Source: a virus (lineage: Duplodnaviria; Heunggongvirae; Uroviricota; Caudoviricetes). Taken from it: a stretch of DNA of 52,139 bases. Location of the stretch: the IMG/VR virus record IMGVR_UViG_3300023118_000008, positions 92,188 through 144,326 of that record; one strand, written 5' to 3'. How positions within the stretch are numbered: the first letter of the stretch is position 1; each line of letters opens with the position of its first letter. Positions 25,390 to 34,094 of this stretch are shown piece after piece. Both the position numbers and the translations under genes were made by a program. The notes under the pieces are model-generated. The model had not been told where the DNA came from. It did not search any database and saw nothing but the letters and a program-made list of their open reading frames with translations.

Positions 25390-28090
25390 TATTTAGAATC
25401 TTATTATAGGCATTAGGGTCTGTCAAAAGCTCTTTTAGGAAAAAATCCATAATTAAAGTTTGAGGATAATTTTGTACTAGGTCTAGGTAAGGAGCTTCTA
25501 AGTATTTTTGACCCGTTGATCCTTCCCTATAATTATATTTTGTATTTTTATCATCCAAAGATAAGTTCCAAAACCCGTCTATAGGTTTTAAGCTTAATTT
25601 ATAATTGGATATGTTGTTGGAAATATGGTCAGAAACTGTTTTTATCTGCTCTGGCGTAAATCTTCCTTTTAAGGCGTTTTGGTAAGCTTGTGAAGATGTT
25701 TCTGCTGTTGTGTAGTTTGCTGGGCTGTATAGCAAAGCCCCTGTCTGATAATAGGATTGAGGTATGCTCTTTTGTAGATGGTTATTTACTTTTGCCGTGT
25801 GGGCTTTCGAAGACTCTAGAAATTCAGGTGTAGTTTGAATAACCAAACCTTTTTTAGCTATTTCTGCATTAAGTCCTCTTTTTGTTTCATCTAAATCTGC
25901 TATTCTGCTCAAGTATTCAAATCCTGCACTTTGTGGAGAAAGTGTTGTGGTTGCTTTTTTTGCTCTTCCATTTTTTTCATCAAACCCTACATTTTGCTCA
26001 ACTACTAAAGTTGGCTGACCTCCTACGTTTCTTTTATAAACTGTAATCGGCGCACTGTTCTTTTTTGTATCGAAAAGTCTGTTAGTTTCTGTTGACGGCA
26101 GTACTCCTACTATGTAACTTTTCTCGGCTTCATTAGAAATATTAATTTGATTTCCACTTGCAAAAGAGGCTCTTGTAGCTTGTCCTTGGTTGATTATGGT
26201 TTTACTTCTCTCTTTTACAGCTGTTCCAAACCCCCTATCACTTAATTTAATAGTAGCCGAGGTTACAGGATTTAGGGTAAAAAATTCTACATTGGAGTCC
26301 ATCTCTTCCATAATTTGTCTGAATTCTTCTACTCTTTCGGTATTTGCTCCAATGTTTTTTAAGTTTCTCTCTCCTCCAATCTTTTTAATAAACTCTTTGG
26401 CTTTATTTACAACAGCTTCTTGTCTGTTTTGTCTTTCATTATTCTGATTTCTTGAGCCAAAGAAGGTATCTAAAGCTAAAGGCTCTGATATTTGGTACTC
26501 TAAATCTGTTATGGTATTTAAGAAGCTTCTAGAATATCTTTCAGGATTTGAGTTAAATTCTTCTTTAGTTGCCCTACCCACTGAACTATTGTAATCAGAA
26601 GCTATATTCTCAACTAAAGCTTTTTTCTGTATGATATCCATTGCCGATTCGGGGTCTGATAAATTCATTTTGGATTTTTCATAGGCTTTTGCCAGCGCAT
26701 CTGCTCTAGAGACTGTTGGTTGTTTTTGCGGGTCAAGTAGTTCTCCTGTGGGAGTGTATCCCATAGAATTCATTGTTGCATCAAATTGATTTCTTGTTTC
26801 TTCTGATACCCTATTTGAATTATAAACTTGCTGTATCGAGCCTATCAAATCGTTATTTCTATTTGTAAATTCTTCTGCCACTTGTGCGACTGAGTCAATC
26901 TCTTGAGATATGTCTGCTGAAATTGGGGATACACTTCTACCACTATCAGAAAAAACTCCATTTGCTTGTGCAAGTTCATTAGCTTGTTTTTCTCTTGCTA
27001 GTTGCAGAGTATCTTTTTTAATCTGCAAACCTTCATATTCTAAAGCAAGTTTTTGTTTGGCGTAGTAGTTTTCATCAACAGTGTAGGTTGTATTCCATTC
27101 TGTTCCTGCCATGCCTGCAATAGACTTTACATACTCGTTCTTGTTTAGGAAGTAACCTTTCTGTTCTAAATTCGCTCCTCCTATATTCTTTGTAAACTGT
27201 TCTTTTTGCGATTCTAAGGCTGATATTTTTTGTCTTGCTTCGTTTCTTGTTGCTTCATTTTGTGCACTATTATCTCTTAAGGCTTTAAGTTCTGTTATCT
27301 GAGAGTCATAGTCTTGGGTTTGGTTTTGTATATAACTGTTGAATTGGGTTTCTACTGCTTGAGGGTTTTGTTTACCTGTCCACCACCCATTAATTCTCAA
27401 TTGCATCTCATCCTCCGTGCTCATCATTCCTGGAACATAGTCTACAATTTCTTGTGGTGTAAGACCGCTTAATTTTTTTACAACTTTTTGCCCTTCTGCT
27501 ATTCCATTAGAACCTGTACCTAATATTTCAATAGTTCTATCCCCTTTTAAATCTTTTAAAGTTTTTAGCCTGTCTACAAGATTTTTATTTACATCTGAAT
27601 AGTTGTGATAAGAAAAACTTCCCAAAGAATTTGTAGTTCCTGCCATATATTCATTCAATCCTGCCTTATCTAAAGCAAATTGGTAGTTTATTTGATGAAA
27701 TTTATCAGGATTCTTTTTTTGGACATCCTGCATCAATCCTTGAAACTGTTGGTACTTAACTGTGTTAGATGCCGCCTCGACTACAAAAGGATCTCTTGCA
27801 ACCGATTTGATAGTGGAGTAGAAATTTGAAGCCACATTGGGGTTAGACAAGTCCTTATCCTGCATATTATCTAAAGAAGCTGTCATACCTCTAATCTTTG
27901 AATTAAGATATTCTGTATCTTGGGGTCTTAAAAGTTTTAAGTTTTCCAGTGAGCTTAATCCTGCTTGGACTTGTGCATCCGCCTGGTTGTATGTGCCCTG
28001 CTTTACCTGCAACACTTGCTGTATCAAAGGTAGATTGATACTCGTTGAAACGGGAGCTAGGGTTATGTCTTTTGATGTATAATTTGCCAA
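25379..28090 (-). CDS. Putative internal virion protein (903 aa, TTG start)
   Basis: ORF track; position in the cargo block; helical and Cys-free. Confidence 0.7.
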   Translation of the reverse strand: MANYTSKDITLAPVSTSINLPLIQQVLQVKQGTYNQADAQVQAGLSSLENLKLLRPQDTEYLNSKIRGMTASLDNMQDKDLSNPNVASNFYSTIKSVARDPFVVEAASNTVKYQQFQGLMQDVQKKNPDKFHQINYQFALDKAGLNEYMAGTTNSLGSFSYHNYSDVNKNLVDRLKTLKDLKGDRTIEILGTGSNGIAEGQKVVKKLSGLTPQEIVDYVPGMMSTEDEMQLRINGWWTGKQNPQAVETQFNSYIQNQTQDYDSQITELKALRDNSAQNEATRNEARQKISALESQKEQFTKNIGGANLEQKGYFLNKNEYVKSIAGMAGTEWNTTYTVDENYYAKQKLALEYEGLQIKKDTLQLAREKQANELAQANGVFSDSGRSVSPISADISQEIDSVAQVAEEFTNRNNDLIGSIQQVYNSNRVSEETRNQFDATMNSMGYTPTGELLDPQKQPTVSRADALAKAYEKSKMNLSDPESAMDIIQKKALVENIASDYNSSVGRATKEEFNSNPERYSRSFLNTITDLEYQISEPLALDTFFGSRNQNNERQNRQEAVVNKAKEFIKKIGGERNLKNIGANTERVEEFRQIMEEMDSNVEFFTLNPVTSATIKLSDRGFGTAVKERSKTIINQGQATRASFASGNQINISNEAEKSYIVGVLPSTETNRLFDTKKNSAPITVYKRNVGGQPTLVVEQNVGFDEKNGRAKKATTTLSPQSAGFEYLSRIADLDETKRGLNAEIAKKGLVIQTTPEFLESSKAHTAKVNNHLQKSIPQSYYQTGALLYSPANYTTAETSSQAYQNALKGRFTPEQIKTVSDHISNNISNYKLSLKPIDGFWNLSLDDKNTKYNYREGSTGQKYLEAPYLDLVQNYPQTLIMDFFLKELLTDPNAYNKILNNGR

Positions 28091-28103
28091 TTTTTAGTTT
28101 TTT

Positions 28104-28138
28104 AAATAAAAATGCCCACTTATTAATGTTAAGCAGGC
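28104..28138 (-). terminator. Intrinsic terminator after the 1054-aa gene
   Basis: GCCTGCTTA-ACATTAA-TAAGTGGGC (two G-U pairs) then ATTTTTATTT. Confidence 0.7.
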
Positions 28139-28169
28139 AAATTTAAGGATTTAATTTGATTTGAACAAA
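28138..28169 (-). promoter_or_regulatory. Bacteroidota sigma-A type promoter for the 903-aa gene and downstream cargo
   Basis: TTTG (28169-28166), 20 nt, TAAATTTG (28145-28138). Confidence 0.8.
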
Positions 28170-28185
28170 TATGTTAATTGAATAT

Positions 28186-31100
28186 TTATCGAGAAGCTAC
28201 TTTTGGAGTATTATATCCCGTCTTATATGATTTATAGTTTTGACTTTGCTGAAATTTAGTAAAATCTTGAGGAGAAAGGTAGGTGAAATCTCTTCCCTCT
28301 TGTGGCTGATTTCTTCCTGTGAAATACTCAGGTCTGTTATTCATCCATACTTTCTTATAGTCTCCAACTATTACTCCTCCGTCAGGCGTATATCTATTTG
28401 TGCCCGAAGTAATATCAGCAATCATATCGCCCTCAAGGTTCAAAGGTCTTCTTTGTGGTATTGACTGATTGAGGTTTGGATTTTGATTACCTTGTTGTCT
28501 GAAATACTCTCTTGCAAACTCCTCACTGAATCCTGTTGCCTGAGCTACTTCCCTTGCTTGTTGGTCTGTCATAGGAATTGCACCCTCTTCAAATTCATAG
28601 ATGTATCCGCCGTCTTGTTTATAATTAGAGACATATTGCGCCCTTTGTTCAGGTGTCATATTCTGCCACATTTGTTGCTGGGCTTGTAGTTCAGGGTTTA
28701 CTTGATTATATTGCCTAGGGTTTGAGAAGTAAACATTTGAACCATCTGTCTGATAATTAGGAGTCATTGCATTAGTCAGGTTCAGGTTATTTACATCCAT
28801 CCAATTTTGTTTGTTTTGAAGCTGTTCATTTATTAAGTATCTGCTCCAAGCCTGTTCTTGATTGTCAAGGGTTTTGAATAATCTCTGCTCATAGTTTTGT
28901 CCAAGATTTATATTCATCAACTGCTCTTTATCTCCTATATTGGCATTATATTGGTTTGCCCTATTTACAGCCTCCGCATTATAAATATCTGTTTCTGCTA
29001 TAGCTTTATTAACAGACTGTTGTGTTGTTCCTAAGTTATTTGCTGTTAGAAACGGTGCGAGGTTAGGGTTTGATAAAAAACTCTGCTCGTTAATATAATT
29101 AGTCTGATTGTTTATCGCTGCTATTGAAGCTTCGGGCGTTCTAAGAGTAGGTTCAATTCTGTTAAAATTAACTTGGTCATTTCTAGGTATCAGAGCCGCG
29201 CTTGGAGTAAGCCCTTCTACAACAGGTAACATCGGTATAATATTTCTTCCTCTCTGTTGTTGCTGATTTTGAACTTGCGAATTATTAGTCGTTGCTACTA
29301 AGTCTTCCGCAGGTATGTTCTGATTTTGTGCAGTACTTGTAAATGGCAACTGGGGTGCTGTGATTGCTTGATTTTGAGGCTGTGCTTGTGCTAAAGTGCT
29401 GATAGTTGCTTGAGGAAATCTATAATCTACTTTACCATCTGCAAATTGGTTCAATATAAAATTACTATCTAAAGGAATTGCCTCTTGAATTGCCTTTTTT
29501 TCTTCAGCAGTGAAACTATTAGGTTTTCTATTAGTGTCTATCCCAAGTCCCTTTAAATCTGCTTTTCTGTCTTTTAGTAGTATTTCCATACCCTTGTTTG
29601 TTATAGGCTGTTCATTAAAGTAGCTTACAACTTCTTCAGGTGCATTTTCAACAAACCAATTTTGAAGTTCTGTCCAATTTTTAGTCAGGTTTCCTTTTGT
29701 AAGATTAATGTTTGGAGGTTGGACTCCTTTTGACTCCGCTAAAAGATTGGCAGATTTTAAGAAATCCCCTATTCTTGCACCCGCTGTTCCTCCTGCCTGC
29801 ATCTGGGGTTGTTGTTGTGACTGGGAAGCTTGGATAATTTGGGAAGCTTGGTCTTCGGAGTATCCCATTGACAATAAGTTGTTAAGTATCTCTTCGATAG
29901 GGGCTCCCTGAGCTACTGCTTGCTGTACTTGAACTATTATGTCATTAGGGTTAATTGCTTCTTCCTCTGTAGCTGGTGCCAATGTTTCTCCACCTTCTTG
30001 CAAATAGCTTGTTTTTTGAGATTCTTGCTTATCAAAAATTGTTTTGAAAGCCTCTTGCTGTTGAGTATTTAATTCTTCTTTTTCAGCTTCTATTCTAGCC
30101 GTTTCTTCTTGTACGAAGTCTAAATTTATTTGCTTGGTATCTGTTTCATCCATTCTTAGAGTTTCCTCTGTTTGATTCACAAGTTTTTCACCCTCTTCAA
30201 TGTTTTTTTCTACGCCGATTTTCTTTGAGTATTTGTCTAAGACATCCGCAAAAGTATTTTTAGCTTTTAGTTTAATATCTAATTCTTTTGATAGCTCTTT
30301 TGCGTTTTTTGCCCCTATTTTAGTGTGGTCAGATAAAACTTGTGAGCCTTCAGATAGATTAGTTTTAATCCCTCCTTTTTCGTGGGTTTCTCCAATTGCT
30401 TTTTGAACTTGACCGTCTTTTGCATTCAATACAAACTCGTTTTTCTCAATTTCTGTTGTCGGATTGGAGGAATCTGTGATATATTTCCCACTTAGGAATT
30501 TACCTACGCTAACAGAGCCTCCGTCTTCCATATAATTAATTACTCCGCCTTCTTGTAGGGGTGTTGAATTATAGATGGATTGATTATTTTGTTGATTTAA
30601 TAAATCTCTTTGATTTCTCCCTAATCCGTAAGCTGAAAATCCTTGCCTGGCTGTGCCTAGCAATCCTTTACTCAATCCTAAGATACCTAAGCCTGTATTG
30701 CCTTGTCCTAGATTGTAAGCCCCATAACTAAAGGCCGTAGACGTATCAATTCCTCCAAATGGGTTAAACAACCTAAAAGGCTGATTTGTTTGTTGATTAT
30801 TGTAATTTGTTTCAGCATTTAAAGCTTGATTTCTTGTTACTCCACTCCCTGCCGTATTGAACTGATAACCTCCTTGCGTATTTAGACCAGATACAGTTGT
30901 TTCTGGAATTTTGTAGTTTGTACTTATTGCTCCTAACTGAGGTGTAGAATCGTCGTCGTAAGCTGTTAGTGGTGGTGCCTGAAGAGTTTGAGGCTGATTT
31001 TGATTCATCCATTGCTGTCCCATGCCTTGTGCCACATAGTCAGGAATACTAGATTCTTGGGGGTAAACTGCCATTTGATTTGTCTGCGGGTTCTGGTTTC

Positions 31101-31350
31101 CTAAATTTACAGGCTGGTAGACTCCTATCTGACTAGAGGGCATTGTATTTAACCTCGCATTCAAAGCTTCATAACTGTTATTCTGATTTTGCTGTAAATT
31201 AACTGGTTGGTAAATTCCTTGTTGCGTGGAAGGCATATTGTTTAAGTAGTCGTTCAGCTGTGTGTAGTTGCTATAAGGATTTTGTCCTACTGTCATTCCT
31301 ACTTGTGCCTTTGGCAGGGTAAGGAATTTTTTTAGTTTTTCGTAACTCAT
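28186..31350 (-). CDS. Gln/Asn-rich putative internal virion protein (1054 aa)
   Basis: Low complexity; Gly-rich hydrophobic segment GLGILGLSKGLLG; EIEKNE...GETHEKGG segment; several xQxGG motifs. Confidence 0.7.
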   Translation of the reverse strand: MSYEKLKKFLTLPKAQVGMTVGQNPYSNYTQLNDYLNNMPSTQQGIYQPVNLQQNQNNSYEALNARLNTMPSSQIGVYQPVNLGNQNPQTNQMAVYPQESSIPDYVAQGMGQQWMNQNQPQTLQAPPLTAYDDDSTPQLGAISTNYKIPETTVSGLNTQGGYQFNTAGSGVTRNQALNAETNYNNQQTNQPFRLFNPFGGIDTSTAFSYGAYNLGQGNTGLGILGLSKGLLGTARQGFSAYGLGRNQRDLLNQQNNQSIYNSTPLQEGGVINYMEDGGSVSVGKFLSGKYITDSSNPTTEIEKNEFVLNAKDGQVQKAIGETHEKGGIKTNLSEGSQVLSDHTKIGAKNAKELSKELDIKLKAKNTFADVLDKYSKKIGVEKNIEEGEKLVNQTEETLRMDETDTKQINLDFVQEETARIEAEKEELNTQQQEAFKTIFDKQESQKTSYLQEGGETLAPATEEEAINPNDIIVQVQQAVAQGAPIEEILNNLLSMGYSEDQASQIIQASQSQQQPQMQAGGTAGARIGDFLKSANLLAESKGVQPPNINLTKGNLTKNWTELQNWFVENAPEEVVSYFNEQPITNKGMEILLKDRKADLKGLGIDTNRKPNSFTAEEKKAIQEAIPLDSNFILNQFADGKVDYRFPQATISTLAQAQPQNQAITAPQLPFTSTAQNQNIPAEDLVATTNNSQVQNQQQQRGRNIIPMLPVVEGLTPSAALIPRNDQVNFNRIEPTLRTPEASIAAINNQTNYINEQSFLSNPNLAPFLTANNLGTTQQSVNKAIAETDIYNAEAVNRANQYNANIGDKEQLMNINLGQNYEQRLFKTLDNQEQAWSRYLINEQLQNKQNWMDVNNLNLTNAMTPNYQTDGSNVYFSNPRQYNQVNPELQAQQQMWQNMTPEQRAQYVSNYKQDGGYIYEFEEGAIPMTDQQAREVAQATGFSEEFAREYFRQQGNQNPNLNQSIPQRRPLNLEGDMIADITSGTNRYTPDGGVIVGDYKKVWMNNRPEYFTGRNQPQEGRDFTYLSPQDFTKFQQSQNYKSYKTGYNTPKVASR

Positions 31351-34094
31351 CTTTTTCTTAATTTTTTGATATTTTCGTCAGTAATATACTCCTTTGTTTT
31401 TGGGTCAAAATAAAACCTATCGTATATTTTAAAAGGATTTCCACTTTTGTGCATCAAATAAGATTGTATGTAGGCTTTTTGTTCATCTACTTTTGTGCTT
31501 TTTGAATTTCTTGTCCATTTTTTAGCATAATGGGTTGGTTCAAAATCCCATGAATCTGAAATCGACATGTAAGGTCTACCTACTTCTTCATCCCACGCTA
31601 CTCCTAGTTTATGTCCCCCTAAATCTACTCCCAATGTCTCAGACAAAACGCTTCTTTCCGTCTGAGGAGAATACACTGGTTTTTTATCATTTAAAAAATT
31701 ATTATAATCAACATCCCTAAAGACATCTCTTTCTATTGCTTCTTTAAATATTTCATTATAATCTTCTGTGTTAATTCTATTTTCAAAATCTCCTTTAATA
31801 CTGTAAGATGGTAAAAATGTCAAATAGTCTGATTTAGGACTATATTGAGAATTGGGTAAAATGGCATTTTTAGAAAAATATTGATTAATTAGATTTGGAC
31901 GATTATTATCTAAATTACCTTCATAATTTGATTCTTTTCTACCTAGTACATTATCTGCAAGATTTACCGTTGGGGCTCCTATAGTGGCAGACCCATAATT
32001 ACTTTTTGATACTTTTTCTGCTGCTTTTTTTATAATGTTACCTACTAATGGTGTATTTAAAAGCCAATCGTTCCTGTATAAAAAGTTAACCGCCATATCA
32101 TCCGTTTTTATACCTCTTACTCTTTTTGGATTAAAATAAGCATCTCGTTCCTTCCAGTACTTATAATCTTTTGAATTTTCGTTCAGATAGAAGTTAGAAT
32201 TGTTATTATTACCATTCATACTTTCCAAATTCTGTAAAAAACTACTTACATTAGATACGGGAATTTCAGGTAACCATATTCCAGGTGGAAATTCTGAATG
32301 ATTTATAGAACCCCCTTGTTGCTTTAAAGGTATTTCAACTACTGTTTTTGTGTTATCAAATAAATAGTTTTCATTTGGATACATTATTTTCCTCTCTCCT
32401 GTTTGTTCAGATACTCCTAGAATTTTATGGTCAATTCCCTTCATTGTTATGTTCCCGCTTGGCACTCTTACCATTTGATTTGGATATTGCCACATACCTA
32501 AAGGTGAAGTCGGTATTTCTCCTCCAATTTGATAGTTTGGCTGTATATCTAGGTAATTTCTCAAAGTATTATATCTTTCTTGCGCTTTTGGGTTATTTTG
32601 AGCTTCGGGATTATTATAACGTCTTTCTATATCTTGGTTATATCTATCTTGGTACTCCAAGGCTCTCAAGGCTTTTTCTAAATCTGCTTCGCTGTCCTGT
32701 CTTCCTGAACCGTATCCTTGGGAACCATTCATTCTCTGATTGTATTCTGAAAGTGAAAAACTATTAGGTGTCTGAGCATATTGTATGATTTCTGGGCTTG
32801 CTTTTGGGGTTGCGTTGTTATATACTTGTGTTACACCTTGCTCCTCTACTTTAGAAACTGTTTTTTGTACATCTCTCTGTTGTCTAGTTAAATTTAATTG
32901 AGCATCGTAACCTGCCTTATTTTTTACAAGAACTGGCTGTTCTGGCTTTTTGTAGTTTCCTATAGAAATTTGCGTCTTTATATCGGGACGGCCTTCTATA
33001 GGATTTGCAACAGTACTTGCAAAAGTGGTGCGGGAAATAGGTTTGATTCCTCCAATCTGTCTTCCGTTTTCGTCTTCTTTGATGCTGAGGTCAAAAACTT
33101 TATTGTTATTACTGTTGTTGACATTTCTTATACCGCTCATATAAATAAGAGGATTATTTTGTATCTCTTTCTTTAATGCGTTGTTTTCTTCATATAGATA
33201 TAGACTGTCTCTGTAGGGTTGGTATCTTGGGTCGCTCGGATTATCAACATATAAAGTACCTCCTTGTTGCATTTGCAAGAAACTGTCTATTTCTTCATAA
33301 GTTTGGTTTGGATCAGTATAGTATTGTGCTATGTCTTCTTGTAAGGGTTCTTGGTTTTGCTGTTGAGATGCTTGCTGTTGTGCTATGATTTCTTTTTCCC
33401 TTATTACTTCTTTTTCTACCTGTTTCTCTTCAAGTTTTTTAATGTCTTCATCTTCTTGAGGGGTATAGGATATTCCTCCAAAGTTAGGGAGTTCTTTTGT
33501 AAATACCAAATCTGTTAATCTGTTATTAACCTCTCTGAGATTTTCTACTGTTTCTTGCGGAGTTATCTCTTTTTCGCTATTTGAATACTTAGTTGGTGGG
33601 ATGTTCATCTTCTGTTTGAAATGATTTCCTACATCCGCTAGAGTTTTTGGGGAACCATCTTTATTATAAAGCAAGGCTCTGTTCTGCTTTAAGATAATTG
33701 GAGAAAAGAACTGTTCAGTTGTTGTATTTGGATTTTTGTTTAAACCTTCTATTAATCTTCCTGCCCCCGCCGCACCAAACCCATGAGCTAAATAAAGTTC
33801 ATAATCATCAGGCTGTCTGCCTAGTCTTTTTGAAAGTTGCTTTTTATTATCTTCCGTAAAAAGCTTCATTACTTTTTTAGATTTTTCAGGGTCTAACCTG
33901 TCATCTTGCGAGTATCCCAGATTATATTTCTCATTCAATGCCCTCCAAGTAGAAGGTACAAATTGGAAAAGTCCCGCCGCACCAAAGGGATTTTTGGCGG
34001 TTGTATTTCCTCCACTCTCAGCCGATGCCACTTTACGAGTGTACTGCTCATAAGGGTCATTTTGGTATTGTTTAATTGTTGTAATAGGTGGCAT
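31347..34094 (-). CDS. Multi-module putative internal virion protein with an N-terminal lytic transglycosylase (SLT-like) domain
   Basis: VASAESGG...AAGLFQFVPSTW...LYLAHGFG; likely start MPPITT at 34094 (ORF track 34148). Confidence 0.8.
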   Translation of the reverse strand: MPPITTIKQYQNDPYEQYTRKVASAESGGNTTAKNPFGAAGLFQFVPSTWRALNEKYNLGYSQDDRLDPEKSKKVMKLFTEDNKKQLSKRLGRQPDDYELYLAHGFGAAGAGRLIEGLNKNPNTTTEQFFSPIILKQNRALLYNKDGSPKTLADVGNHFKQKMNIPPTKYSNSEKEITPQETVENLREVNNRLTDLVFTKELPNFGGISYTPQEDEDIKKLEEKQVEKEVIREKEIIAQQQASQQQNQEPLQEDIAQYYTDPNQTYEEIDSFLQMQQGGTLYVDNPSDPRYQPYRDSLYLYEENNALKKEIQNNPLIYMSGIRNVNNSNNNKVFDLSIKEDENGRQIGGIKPISRTTFASTVANPIEGRPDIKTQISIGNYKKPEQPVLVKNKAGYDAQLNLTRQQRDVQKTVSKVEEQGVTQVYNNATPKASPEIIQYAQTPNSFSLSEYNQRMNGSQGYGSGRQDSEADLEKALRALEYQDRYNQDIERRYNNPEAQNNPKAQERYNTLRNYLDIQPNYQIGGEIPTSPLGMWQYPNQMVRVPSGNITMKGIDHKILGVSEQTGERKIMYPNENYLFDNTKTVVEIPLKQQGGSINHSEFPPGIWLPEIPVSNVSSFLQNLESMNGNNNNSNFYLNENSKDYKYWKERDAYFNPKRVRGIKTDDMAVNFLYRNDWLLNTPLVGNIIKKAAEKVSKSNYGSATIGAPTVNLADNVLGRKESNYEGNLDNNRPNLINQYFSKNAILPNSQYSPKSDYLTFLPSYSIKGDFENRINTEDYNEIFKEAIERDVFRDVDYNNFLNDKKPVYSPQTERSVLSETLGVDLGGHKLGVAWDEEVGRPYMSISDSWDFEPTHYAKKWTRNSKSTKVDEQKAYIQSYLMHKSGNPFKIYDRFYFDPKTKEYITDENIKKLRKR

